A DNA stretch of 64,000 nt from assembly GCF_009914755.1 (NCBI RefSeq), contig NC_060933.1; one strand, given 5' to 3'. The notes beneath the pieces were generated by a model that was not told the DNA's origin, searched no databases, and worked only from the letters and a program-made list of their open reading frames with translations. Below are positions 13,601 through 27,189 of the stretch, piece after piece (position 1 is the first letter of the stretch; each line of letters opens with the position of its first letter). The position numbers and the translations under genes are program-made. Source of the stretch: the human T2T-CHM13v2.0 reference genome, Homo sapiens.

Positions 13601-15393
13601 ACACATTACATTAAACTGAAATATACACTTTCTTACAGTTTCTTTCCTTTTATCCCAGATGTTTTTATAGCACCTTAAAACTCTAACATCACCTTTTAGA
13701 ATGTTTGGTCCATGACAACTTTCCAATAATTTCCAGAATATATTCCTTCATAGGTTTTTCAAACTTCACTGAGAATCATTTCTTCTCTATGCTGATCTTT
13801 TCTAATTATTAATTCCCTTTTGAATTACATCTTTTACATTTTTATTTTAACTAAAAACTATCAAAACACATGAAAAAGAAGAGAGAATAATATATTGGGG
13901 TCCAAAAAGCTAGCTTCAACAATTAAGAAAGCATGGATTGTATTGCTAAATAAATATTATCACCACCGGCGAGGGAATCATCATGGCAGATGGGAGGCAG
14001 GACTAGATTGCAGCTCTGACTCGGATGGACAGAGCAGTGTGCGGAGGCTCGCGTTGTGAATTTGGGACCAGATCGACTGCGATAACAAACCAGCAATCCT
14101 GAGAGGACTCACAGACCATCTGAGGGAAGTGGACTGCTCCTGCAGGACTCAGGAGACACCCCAAATACTGTTAAGTGGCCCAACTGCAGAAGTGGGAAAG
14201 GGAGATCCTCCTCTTCCAAATACATACTCCCACTGGAGAAACTGAAGACCTGTTTGAGGGAGAAGTTTCTGACCTTACCAGGAGCTGAGTCAATTTAGAC
14301 AGCCGAGCAAAATACAGGGGTACAAAAAGCAGCAGAAAGGCCCTGGGAGCTCACTGGATCCCCAAGCAGGCCATTCTTGCCTGGCACCACAGGGATCCAT
14401 CAGGAGGGCGGCCAGAGGAGTGGGGGGAAAATACCACAGGGAAAAGGAAATCTTCAGCTGAGCTCTAACAATTTGAAAGGGGTGAGAAGACTCCTGGCCA
14501 GAACTTGGGGGAGGCCATGAATCGACTGTGCAGACTCCACAGGCTCGGGAAGAACCAAGCCCTTTTCTTTTGCAGCTTGGAGATGGGTAGTCTGGGGCAA
14601 GCTCTCAAGTCCAGCTTGCCCACTGCCTGAAAACAGACTCCGTGCTTTTAGGGAGAAAATGGTGGGAGTAAGACCGACCCTTCAGTTTGCATGGGAGCTG
14701 GGTGAGGCCTGTGACTGCCAGCTTTCCCCCAGTTCCTTGACAACCTGCATGGCTCAGCAGAGGCAGCCATAACCCTCCAAGGTACATACCACTATTGACC
14801 TGGGAATCCCACCTCCATCCCCCACAGCAGCTTCAGCAAGACCCACTCAAGGAGATTCTGAGCTCAGACATGCCTTGTCCTACCCCACCTGATGGTCCTT
14901 CCCTACCTACCCTGATAGCTGAAGACAAAGGGTGTATCATCTTGGGAGTTCTAGGGCCCTGTCCACTGTCAGTTCCTCTCCATACTACCACAGCTGATGC
15001 TCTCTAGAAAGAGCCACCTCCCAGCAGGAGGCCAACCAGCACAAAAGTAAAGCATTAAACCACCAAAGCTAAGAACCCTCATGGAGTTCATTTCAGCCCC
15101 CTGCCACCTCCACCAGAACAGGTGGTGATATATCCATGGCTGAGAGACTGATAGACAGTTCACATCACAGTACTCTGTGTGGACAACCCCCAGTACACCA
15201 GCCTGGAGCCAGGCAGACTTACTTGGTGGATAGACCCAGAAGAGAGACAAGAATCACTGCAGCTCAGCTCAAAGGAAGCCACATGCATAGGGAAAGGGGG
15301 CGAGTGCTACATCAAAGGTACACGCTATGGGACAAAAGAATCTGAAAAACAGCCTTTAGCCACAGATCTCTTCTCTCTGACAGAGTCTACCCA

Positions 15394-16340
15394 AATGAGA
15401 AGGAGCCAGAAAACCAACTCTGGTGATATGACAAAAAAAGGCTCTTCGATACCCTCCAAAATTCACACTAGTTCACCAGCAATGGATCTAAACCAAGAAT
15501 AAATGCCTGATTTACCTGAAAAATAATTCTGGAGATTAGTTATTAAGCTAATCAGGGAGGCACCAGAGAAAGGGAAAGCACAGTGCAAGGAAATCCAACA
15601 AATGATAATGTAAGTGAAGGGAGAAATATTCAAGGAAATAGATAAAGAAAAAACAATCCAAAATTCAGGAAATATTGGACAAACTTATAGAAATGCAAAA
15701 TGCTGTGGAAAGTCTCAGCAATAGAATTAAACAAGCTGAAGAAATAAATTCAAAGCTTGAAGACAAGGTCTTCGAATTACCCCTATCCAACAAAGATAAA
15801 GAAAAAATAATGAGAAAATATGAACAAAGCCTCCAAGAAGTCTGGGATTATGTTAAATGACCTAATCTAAGAATAATCGGTGTTCCTGAGGAAGAGGAGA
15901 AATCTAAAAGTTTGAAAAACGTATTTGGGGGAATAATCAAGGAAAACTTCCCTGGCCTTGCTAGAGACCGAGACATCCAAATACAAAAAGCACAAAGAAC
16001 ATCTGGGAAATTCATTGCAAAAAGATCATCACCTAGGCACATTGTCATCAGGTTATCTAGAGTTAAGATGAAGGAAAGATTCTTAAGAGCTGTGCGACAG
16101 AAGCACCAGGTAACCTATAAAGGAAAACCTGTCAGATTCATGGCAGATTTCTCAGCAGAAACCCTACAAACTAGAAAGGATCCGGGACCTATCTTCAGTC
16201 TCTTCAAACAAAACAATTTTCAGCCAAGAATTTTGTATCCAGCAAAACTAAGCATCATATATGTAGGAAAGATACAATCTATTACAGACAAATGCTGAGA
16301 GAATTTGCCATTACCAAGCCTTCACTACAGGAATTGCTAA
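15394..16340 (+). pseudogene. L1 ORF1p remnant (stops and frameshifts)
   Basis: EQSLQEVWDYVK, ENFPGLARDRDIQIQKAQR, HQVTYKGKPVRFMADFSAETLQ, FQPRILYPAKLS. Confidence 0.9.
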
Positions 16341-16480
16341 AAGGAGCTCCAAATCTTGAAACAAATCCTGAAAACACATCAAAACAGAACCTCTTTAAAG
16401 CATAAATCACACAGGACCTATAAAACCAAAATGCAAGTTAAAAAGCAAAAACATAAAAACCAAAGTACACAGGCAACAAA

Positions 16481-19400
16481 TATGATGAATGCAATGGTAC
16501 CTCACATCTCAATATTAACATTGAATTTAAATGGCCTAAATGCTCTACTTAAAATATACAGAACTGCAAAATGAATAAGAATTCACCAACCAACTATCTG
16601 CTGTCTTCAGGAGACTCACCTAACACATAAGGACTCACATAAACTTAGAGTAAAGGGGTGGAAAAGGCATTTCATGCAAGTGAACACCAAAATAAAGCAG
16701 AAGTAGCTGTTCTTATATTAGACAAAACAAACTTTAAAACAATTGTTGTTAAAGAGACAAAGAGGGACATTATATAGTGGTAAAAGATCTTGTCCAACAG
16801 AAAAATATCACAATCCTAAACATATGCACCTAATACTGGAGTTTCCAAATTTATAAAACAATTATTAATAGACCTAAGAAATCAGATGGGCAACAACAGA
16901 ATAATAGTGGGGGACTTCAATACTCCACTGACAGCCCTAGACAGGTCATCAAGACAGAAAGTGAACAAACAGATTTAAACCATACTTTGGAACAAATGGA
17001 CTTAACAGATATATACAGAATATTTCATCCAGCAACCACAGAATACACATTCTATTCCACAGTGTCTGGAACTCCATGATAAACCATATGAAAGGCCATA
17101 AAATGAGTCTCAACAAATGTAAAAAAATTGAAATAATATCAAGCTCTCTCAGACCACAGTGGAATAAAACTGGAAATCAACCCCAAAAGGAAACTTCAAA
17201 ACCATACAAATACATGGATATTAAACAACCTGCTCCTGAATAAGCACTGGGTCAAAAACAAAATCAAGATGGAAATTAAAGAATTATTCAAACTGAAGGA
17301 CAATAACAACACAACCTATTCAAAACCTCTGGGATACAACAAAGGCGGTGCCAGAAGGAAAGTTCATAGCCCCAAACGCCTACATCAAAAAGACTAAAAG
17401 AGCACAAACTGACATTCTACAGTCACACCTCAAGGAACTAAAGAAACAAGAACAAATCAAACCCAAACCCATACCCATACCCAGCAGAAGAACAGAAATA
17501 ACCAAGATCAGAGCAGAACTAAATGAAATTGAAGCAAACAAACATAAAATACAAAAGACAAATGAAACAAAAAGCTGGTTCTTTGAAAAGATAAAATTGA
17601 TACTCCATTAGCAAGACCAAGAAGAGAGAAAATTCTAATAACCTCATTAATATATTGATGTAACAAAACTGCCCTTGTGTCCCTTAAATTTATACAAATA
17701 AATTTAAAAAAGAAAATTAAAGAGATAGTTTTTTTTTTCCTGTCAATGCTTAGGGTTACTTTTCCCCCTTAGAAAAGATATTTGAAAGAGAATGGCAGAG
17801 TAGAAAAGTATTTCCATCAAATATACTAGAATTTTAATATACAAGAACAAATAAAGATTGCAGTTGAAAAATGAGTAAGGAATTTGAATCAATAATTCAT
17901 CAAAAAAGAAATGCAAATAGGTTTTTTTAATGAGAAAAGTTCATCCTTACTAACAATCAAATGCAAATTAAACTGATCTGGAGGTATCATTTTGAGTATC
18001 TATAAAATTAGTGAAAATGAAAAATCCTAATACCCAGTGCTGACAAGATTTCAGTGAAAGTGACATACAGTATTGTTGGCATTATAAATTAGAACAATAA
18101 ATTTTGGGGGGATTAAAAAAGTGAAAATAAAACAAAAAAGAAATGAACAGGTGATATTACAACTGATAACACAAATACAAAAGATCATAAAGGCTACTAT
18201 GAACACCTTTATGTGCATAAACTAGAAAACTTAGAAGAGAGGGATAAATTTCTAGAAAAATATAATCCTCCTACCCTAAATCAAGAAGAATTAGATACCC
18301 TGAACAGACCAATAAAACAGTGAGATTGAAATGGTAATTAAAAATTAACAACAAAAAAAGTTCAAGACCAGATGAATTCACAGCAGAATTCTACCAGACA
18401 TTCAAATAAGTATTGGTACCAATCCTTTTGACACTATTCCACAAGATAGAGAAAAAAGGAACCTTCCACAATTCATTCTGTAAAGCCACCATCACCTTAA
18501 TACCAAAACCAGGAATGGACATAACCAAAAAAGAAAACTACAGACAAATATCCTTGATGAGCATAGATGCTAAAATCATTAACAAAATAACTAGCTAACT
18601 GAATCCAACAACATTTCAAAATGATAATCCACCATGATCAAGTGGGTTTCATACCAGGGATGCATGGGTTGTTTAACATACACAAGGCAATAAATGTGAT
18701 ATACCACATAAACAGAATTAGAAACAAAAATCACATGATCATCTCAATAGATGCAGTAAAAGGATTGGACAAAATCCTGCATCTCTTTATGGTTAAAACT
18801 CTCAGCAAAATTGGCATACAAGGAACATACGTCAATATAATAACAGCTGTCTATGGAAAACCCACACCCAACATGATACTGAATGGGGAAACATTGAAAG
18901 CATTCCCTCTGAGAATTGGAACAAGACAGGGATGCCCACTGTCACCATTCCTCTTTAACATAGTACTGGAAGTCCTAGCCAGAGCAATCGGACAAGAAAA
19001 AGAAATAAAGGGCATCCAAATCAGTAAAGAGGAAGTCAAACTGTCACTGTTTGCTGACGATATGATTGTTTACCTTGAAAACCCTAAAGACTCTTCCAGA
19101 AAGCTCTGGAACTCACAGAAGAATTCAGCAAAGTTTCTGGATACAAGATTAATGAACACAAATCAGTAGCTCTTCTATACACCAGCAGCAACCAAGCAGG
19201 GAATCAAATTAAGAACTCGATCCCTTTTACAATAGCTGCAAAAAAATAAAAAAAAAAATACTTAAGAATGTACCTAACCAAGGAGGTGAAAGACCTATAC
19301 AAGGAAAACTACAAAACACTGCTGAAAGAAATCATAGATGACACAAACAAATGGAAACACATCCCATGCTCCTGGGTGGGTGGAATCAATTTTGTAAAAA

Positions 19401-20580
19401 TGACCATACTGCCAAAAGCAATCTACAAATTCAATGCAATCTCCATCAAAAATACCACCATCATTTTTCACAGAATTATAAAAGAAATTCTAAAATTTAT
19501 ATGGAACCAAAAAAGAGCCCATAGAGCAAAAGCAACACTAAGTGAAAAGAACAAATCTTGAGGCATCACACTACCCAATTTCAAACTACACTATAAAGCC
19601 ACGGTCACCAAAACAGCATGGTACTGGTATAATAGGCACATAGATCAACGGAACAGAATAGAGAACTCAGAAATAAATCCCAATACTTACAGCCCACTGT
19701 TTTTTGTTTTGTTTGTCAAAGATCAAAGTGGGCAAAGGTCATCCTTTTCAACAAATGCTGCTGGGATAATTGGCCAGCCACATGTAGGAGAATGAAACTG
19801 ATTTCTCATCTTTCACCTTATACAAAAATCAACTCAAGATGGATTAAGGACTTAAACCTAAGACCTGAAACTATAAAAATTCTAGAAAATAACATTGGAA
19901 AAACCCTTCTAGACATTGACTTAGGCAAGGATTTCATGACCAAGAACCCAAAAGCAAATGCAATAAAAACAAAGATAAATACCTGGAACTTAATTAAACT
20001 AAAGACCTTTTGCATGGGCAAAAGGAACAGTCAGCAGAGTAAACAGACCACCCAAAGAATGGGAGAAAATCTTCACAATCTATACATCTGACAAAGGACC
20101 AATATCCAGAATTTATAATAAACTCAAATAAATCAGCGAAAAAAAAATCTCATCAAAAAGTGGACAATTCTCAGAAGAAGATATACAAATGGCCAATCAA
20201 CATATGAAAAATTGTTCAACATCACTAATGATCGTGGAAACGAAAATCAAAACCGCAGTGCAATACCCCCCTACTCCTGCAAGAATGGCTATAATCAAAA
20301 AATCAAAAAACGGTAGATGTTGGCATGGATGCAGTGAACAAGAAACACTTCTACTCTGCTGGTGGGTATGTAAACTAGCACAACCACTATGGACAACAGT
20401 GCAGAGATTCCTTAAGGAACTAAAAGTGGAACTGCCATTTGATCCAGCAGTCCCACTACTAGGTGTCTACCCAGAGGAAAATAAATCATTATACGAAAAA
20501 GATACTTGCACACACATGTTTATAGCAGCAAAATTCGTAATTGTGGAATCGTGAAACCAACCCAAATGCCCATCAATGAG
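16481..20580 (+). pseudogene. L1 ORF2p remnant (endonuclease/RT), interrupted by an insert at 17651-18139
   Basis: HISILTLNLNGLNA (endonuclease start), [32 protein letters not shown] (RT). Confidence 0.92.
17651..18139 (+). other. Foreign ~490-bp A-tailed insert inside L1 ORF2 (old L1 3' tip + unique DNA + L1ME-like fragment)
   Basis: Host L1 reads acctcattaa|gaaatgaacagg once the insert is removed; the insert starts gatgtaacaaaactgcccttgtgtcccttaaatttatacaaataaa and ends gattaaaaaagtgaaaataaaacaaaaaa. Confidence 0.75.
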
Positions 20581-21780
20581 TGGATAAAGAAACTGTGGTA
20601 TATTTACACAATTAAATATTACTCAGCCATAAAAAGAAATGAATTAACGGCATTCACAGTGACCTAGATGAGACTGTTGACTATTATTTTAAGTGAAGTA
20701 ACTCAGGAATGGAAAACCCAACATTGTGTATTCTCACTGATATGTGGGAGGTAAGCTATGAGGACGCAAAGGCATAAGAATGATACAATGGGCTTTGAGG
20801 ACTTACAGGGAGAAGTAGGAGAGGGGCTAGGGATAAAAGACTACAAATATGGTGCAGTATATACTGTTCAGGTGATGGGTGCGCCAAAATCGTACAAATC
20901 CCCACTAGAGAACTTACTCATGTAACCAAATATCGCCCGTACCACAATAACTTATGGAAAAAATTTAAAAAATATTATCGCCAACACTAAACAACTTTGA
21001 TTTTTGTAAATTGCACACGTGATTTATTTCATCAGTATGTTTGATATTTATCTCCAAAAGATAAGTTTCTTATATTAACCTGGTTTCATGATCTTTTAAA
21101 ACTGTTCACTGTCCTCTGAACATATTTTAGTCTCCTTGTATTTCTCTACCTGTGACATCCAGAGCCATACTTCAATAAGTGGAATGAAATTAATCCACAG
21201 AGAAAAGTTATCGTCACCATTCTGACTGCACATATACACTTCTAGATAACTACCTGTTTAATTGCAGAATAAAAGAGAATCTATTTGCTCCTTTGTAGCT
21301 ATCTTCCAATGTTGATTCATTTTAATTTACCAATCAGGATACTTCTGACATTTTCTTATGTTCGACATGTTCTCAGAGCCTCTACTCATATATTTTTATA
21401 CACAAGCGTAGAAATATCAATAAACACAATTTACATTTTATTTTTGGAGAATTTTAAAGAAAATCACATAAAAATGTGAATAGCTTTGGTGTCTTAAATA
21501 GCTTATAAATTGCTCTAAATAGGCAGTAAAATGGGATGAAATGGGATAAAAGAAGAGAGAAGAGGTAGTGAAAAAAGTAGTACTTTTAAGATTCCTCAAT
21601 ACTGAGAAAATATTTAAATTATCACTTATTGGTCACAAACTTTTATTTTAGTTTAAAATTGATGGAATTTTAACTGTGTATGGTATTATAAATCCACTCC
21701 AAAGTCACTCCGTCAAAAACTACACTCTATTTACAGGGAGCATCTCAATCCTGGCGACAATTTTGTGACTCAGGAAACAA

Positions 21781-21898
21781 TTTTTTTTAACTGACAAATA
21801 ATAATTGTATTTATTTTATAGGATACAATATGTTTCAATATTTATTTTTATTATGAAATGATTAAATCAGGCTATTCAACAAATCCATCACCTCACAT
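21781..21898 (-). mobile_element. L1MA 3' tip
   Basis: ttttttaactgacaaataataattgtatttatttt...aaatccatcacctcacat. Confidence 0.75.
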
Positions 21899-22249
21899 GC
21901 AGTCTAATATAGAATTAAACCGAGTCTCATAAAATGGTGTACGTTCCCGTGGTCATTCACTAGTGAAACCAGTTCTCAATCCAGGGCATCTTTACTCTAA
22001 AACCCATGCTTTTTCACTCAATTATGGATAAATTCTCTGGTAAAGGTGGACATTTATGATGAAAAACAAACACTGTATATAAGATACTTGCTTTCAACTC
22101 CCTCTTTCCTGATCACACTAGCTCTAGAGAAGTTATAAGTGCAAATCCCCCTACCCAGGAAGTCAATCCAACCTTCTCTCTCCAATGTTACAGTGGTTGT
22201 CACTCACTCAAAAATGTTCTGATTACATACTGTGTTTTGCTTGCTCTTA

Positions 22250-22521
22250 ATTTAGAGACAGGGTCTCACTGTCATCCAGGCTGTAGTACAGTGGCACTAT
22301 AATAACTCACTGTAACCTTAAACTCCTGGGCTCCAGCAAACCTCCCGCATCAGCCTCCAAGTAGCTAGGGCTACAGGCATGCATCAGCAAGCCCAGCTTA
22401 AAAAAAAAAAATGCTGTAGAGATGAGGCTGCTAGGCTGGTTTGAACTCCTAGCCTCAATTGATCCTCTTGCCTTGGCATCCAAGAGAACTGGGATTATAA
22501 ATGTGAGTCACCATGCCCAAT
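22250..22521 (-). mobile_element. AluJ
   Basis: gagacagggtctcactgtcatccaggctg...ctgggattataaatgtgagtcaccatgccc. Confidence 0.88.
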
Positions 22522-23553
22522 TCATACTACCTTTTAACTTCATTAAAATAAATGTCATATAAGTCATGATTTAGTACTCAAATGTTCTGTCAGAATGTCC
22601 AAATATTCACGCAGTTACATTTATATTTTTACTCATACTCTTGGAAAATGAAGATAAGTATTTGAGTAATTCTAACATATGAGTGCTAGTCAATGTACAG
22701 GAAAAAAATACTTTAAAAAGTCAGAAATTTCTAAACTTATCAGTTAATATGATGACTCTGGTATCAAGGTTTCTAATGAAGTTATAGACTAGTAGACACA
22801 TTATGTGGGAAAGAAAACTGCAGAGGCCAAGGAATAAATTCAAACAGCTATGAATAATCTGAATGAAATGTGTGCAACCGATTGAGTGGGCTAATTTAGC
22901 GGCAAAACCAGCAGTGAGAAAGAAAAAGTACTGAAAATATATCTAATAGATCTGCTCAAGTTTAGTTCATTCAGGAAAATAGGTGTTTTTACAAAAGGAA
23001 ATCTTAGGCAATAATATTAATAAGATATGAGATGGAAATCAAAATGATATGCATAACATGTAATCTGTTGAATTACATAATTAATCTTCCTGGAAAGTTA
23101 CCTTTTTAAACTGATTCTATCACATTTGATGTATAAGTGAAATATCTCAAATACCATAGAGTGTATTTGTTAGTGTAATGAAGATTTATAAGAACTCATT
23201 CTCACTGTCCTTCATCTACTTTGATATAGTGGTAAAACCTCAGAAGTTTCTCCAGTTTGTTTCATAGAGTTTCTTACTCTACATCTTTTTATCTGTAAGA
23301 TAGTTTCTGAGTGCTTACAGTTAAAATGAGCTCATTATTGAAAGCTGCAACCTTCTTAGTTGAATGATCTAAGACTATGCAATAAGTCCTCACAGATCCT
23401 CATTTTACTTTTACAGCAGCTGAAATAAGATTGAGCATGATTTACTCAGATGAATTCATTGACTTTGCTTCATTCTGTATTGTAACTCTTAGTCTAGTCA
23501 GATAAATTCAAAATGAAGTACCGGGGAGACTCAAAGTTCCAATAAGACAGAAA

Positions 23554-23900
23554 GGCCAGGCACGGTGGCTTACACCTGTAATACCAGCACTTTGGGAGGC
23601 CGAGGTGGGCAGATCACGAGGTCAAGAGATCAAGACAATTCTGGCCAACATGTTGAAACCCCATCTCTACTAAATATACAAAAATTAGTCAGGCATGGTG
23701 GTGCATGCCTGTAGTAGGCACGCCTACTCGGGAGGCTGAGGCAGGAGAATCACTTGAACCCTAGAGGCAGAAGTTGCAGTGAGCCAAGATCACACCACCA
23801 CACTCCAGCCTGGCAACAGACTGAGACAAAAGAAAGGGAGAAGGGGAGTGGGGGGAGAGGAGTGGAGAGTGGGGGAGAGGGGAAGAGAGGAAGAGGGAGA
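23554..23900 (+). mobile_element. AluSc followed by a GA-rich low-complexity tail
   Basis: ggccaggcacggtggc...gatcacgaggtcaagagatc...cctggcaacaga; purine tract 23830-23900. Confidence 0.92.
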
Positions 23901-24294
23901 ATTTGTAGAACTAGGTGGTAGTATTAGCAATTAACCTTTTCTTGTCATTAGCACATAAAATATGTAACCACATGAAAACATGGAAACTGAGCAATTGTGG
24001 ATTGCTTGTTACCAAAGAAAGAGTGAAAATATGAAATACACAATAGGGAAAGTCCATGCGGAATCAGTAGCACCTAAGCCATAGCTTGCAAATATGTAAC
24101 ACATTTGCGACCACTTCCCGCTTTATTATCTATCATGGAAATTGCTAATCAAAGACAGAACTCTTTATCTCTGGGTCCAGAGGTAGTCCAGAACTTTTCA
24201 AGGCAATAAACCACATGGCTGCTAGCAATCAGGTATAAGATATGCTATGACACTTAGTTTCCATTCCTTGTCTGACGAAAACCTCTGATACGAT

Positions 24295-24645
24295 AGAATA
24301 CCGTTTAGCAATACAAATGAATAAAGTACTGATACACTCAATGATATAAATGAATCTCAGTCATTATCCTAGGTGGAATAATTTAGACGCAAAAGCATAC
24401 ATACTGTACAATTCCATGTTTATAAAATTCTTGAAAGCATCTTGAGTGACAGGGACAAAATATAGATTATTGATTGCCTGGGACCAGCATGGTTGAAAGG
24501 AGTAATGAACTACAAAGAGGCAGGAGGAAACTTTTGGCATGATAGAAATGTTTGGTGTCCTGACTGTAGTAGTAATTTCATGTTGACTCATCATATTATA
24601 GACTTGAAATGGATACTATTTATTTTATGTAAATTATAACACAGT
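24295..24645 (+). mobile_element. L1M (ME/MD-like) 3'UTR fragment
   Basis: tactgatacac...tgaatctcag...catacatactgtacaattccatgtttataaaattct...ttttatgtaaattataac. Confidence 0.65.
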
Positions 24646-25677
24646 AGCAGAGACCGCAAATAGACAAAGGAAAAAATAAAAACAAAAAAAAACACGACAT
24701 AAAACGAGTTAAGAAATAAGACAAAACACAGTATTACAAAGATTATCAGGATATGGAGGAAAGAACACTTTCAACTACTCAGTGCTGTGTGTATGTGTTT
24801 TCTGATCAGATAAAGTAGATGCAGAAAATAATTTACCAATCCTGACATCAAATACAATGATTGTTATCCCACCGAAAAACTTAAGCCAAGATTATTTCTG
24901 GAATTAAATTTGTATTAAAAGAGGATTTTTGACAGGCTAGTTTCCAATTAATTCCAAAATTGGTGAGTAGGTGAATTGTATGTGAAACTAAGATGAGACT
25001 AAATTTTGGCATGACATGACAAGAAAAATGATATTGAAACAGTAGGTGCAAGGAAAATGTCAGTCTGTTTGAGCAAATCAGTCTTGAGAATTACAGGATT
25101 TATAGTATCAAAGTTTCCTTCATTGCACCTTTATATAGGATGATGCCTATGCCTGAAAAATGCTTTCCTCCTTAGTCATTTGATAAACTCCTATTCAATC
25201 ATCAAACTGTAGCTGAAGTGCCAGCTCCTTTACTAAGCCTTATTCCTTCTGTCACCTGATGTCAGGTGGGTGGACACTTTCTTCCATCAGGACACAATGA
25301 GTTGTATTATTTCCCTATTTCTTCTATGTGAAAAAAATGCATTAGATCATAAGTATATTGAGAAATGGATTTGTCATTTTATTTCACATTACATGGGAGC
25401 TGAATAAATTCTGTGTATGTGTAAATGAATGAATAAAATCCACTAAATTGGGTGATAACTCTACAAGATGATTATAAGTTATATCAGGTACTTATTTAAC
25501 TTTTAGAAAATCAATTAAAATGTGTGTCTTTTCAAAACATATTGGGGTTTTACAAAAGTGATTCAGAAAATATATGCTCTATTTTCCAGTAACTTACCCA
25601 ATACAAATTATGGGTGTCTAACAAACATCTAGCCCAAGAATATTTATATGCTATATAACAAATACACAAAGAAATTC

Positions 25678-25905
25678 CACATAGGCTAACTATTGCCTGT
25701 GGGTTAACTCTGCTCTGTTGTCCATTTTGGTAAATAAAGTTTCATTGGAATGTGGCTATGACCATTCACTTACAAATTGTTCATTGCTGCTTTCATGCTA
25801 CAACAGCAGAGTTGAGTAGTGGTGACTGAGACCATGTGGCCCGCAAAGACACAGATATTTACTATCTGGGCCCTTAGGGGAAAAAAAAAATGCTGACAGC
25901 CCTTC
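25678..25905 (+). mobile_element. MER58A (hAT-Charlie)
   Basis: gtaaataaagtttcattggaa...ctacaacagcagagttgagtagt...gagaccatgtggcccgcaaag...tatttactatctgg. Confidence 0.85.
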
Positions 25906-26639
25906 AATATAAATATGTCACAGAGGTGTAAATCCATCTGGAGGTGAGAGGAATAGGGGATTTGTTAAGAATGTATGTTGCAGAGCAAACACTCTGCTCC
26001 CCCATTACCCCCAGATCCCATCTTTATTTGGTAAGTTTTAGAAGGAGTTTCACAGTTATCATGGCTTTTTCCCCAAGCCACCACTTGATGAACTGCCTCA
26101 AAATTCCATAAATTGAAGATATGAAATGCCACATATTTCTGGATTCTAGGTCTTCCTGCCAGCCTTGCTACCAAGGTAATCATTAGTAAACCCATTCTCT
26201 ATGGAGTTCATGTCTCTCACTTGTAAAGTGAGAGGTTTGGACAGCATACTATTTTTCCCTCTTAAGGCAGGCCTGATTTCCTGTATATGTGATCTGTGTA
26301 GTCTCAGTTTCATTAAAACTCTCACCTATAGAATTCACTAACATTGCTTCACAGTCTGAAGCAATTTTGGTTCTGCACCTGGGCTCCAAGAGGTATGAGA
26401 ACATTGAGAAGTAGCTGAAGCTAAAGTGTTTTGATCGATTGGTTTCTCCACCACTTTACTCCTTTCCCATTACCTATGTTTATTCTCGAGGTGTCCAATG
26501 CTCTTGTATTTTCTGAGATCTCACCAGTGATGGACAAGAGGTGGAATCACTGTGTTTTGCATTCAAGGAATATTTGTGTCTATTAAATAAAACAATCTTG
26601 GAAAATGTTAAATAAAAAGGATATCAGATTGTCTAGGAA

Positions 26640-27130
26640 CCTGGTTGTCTCATTTTATAGATGAAAAAGCCAAGAAGCAGAGAAGTCCCGGGACTTTCCC
26701 AAGTAAATGACAAAGCCCAGACAAGAGCACATGACCTGAATCACTCTCATCTGATTATTTCATTACTTCAAGGAAGAGGCAAGGCATTTCCAAATTTTTC
26801 TTCAAAGTACTGCAAATAGCAGGGGAACATCCTCTAGTTATTTTAATAATTCAAGGGAGGTACAAGGTTTTCCACTTTTTCTCCCCTGCAAAGCACTCTC
26901 TAAATTGCAGCCTGATGTACAACTACCACTTCAAGCTTCCAATTTGAAAAATGATAGTCATAATAATGGCTTAAAATGTACCATGTAACTTATGTGTCAA
27001 GTATTGTGCTGAGAATTTTATGTGACTCACCCCATTGGTTCCTTTTACTATCATAGCTGTGAGACTTTGGGGAAGTAAATTTACCTCTTTGTGTCTCAGC
27101 TTCCTCATATGTAAATTGGAGAGTACAGCT
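26640..27130. mobile_element. MIR fragments
   Basis: ctcattttatagatgaaaaagccaag... and tgtctcagcttcctcatatgtaaattgg cores. Confidence 0.55.
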
Positions 27131-27189
27131 GGTACATAACCAAAGTGAAAGTAAAGGTTATATCCAAGCATGGTGGAAAGCTCTGGAGA

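Larger units (their letters stand above)
13968..20969 (+). mobile_element. Full-length L1PB (L1PB1-like) LINE-1, ~7 kb
   Basis: L1PB-type 5'UTR (atggcagatgggaggcaggactagattgcagctc), ORF1 and ORF2 fragments, L1PB 3'UTR; TSD aaatattatcaccacc (13952-13967) / aaatattatcgccaac (20970-20985). Confidence 0.93.

Noticed and set aside
18621-19169. Longest ORF (182 aa, reverse transcriptase)
   Set aside because: Fragment of a dead L1 ORF2 with stops and frameshifts on both sides; no sign of domestication
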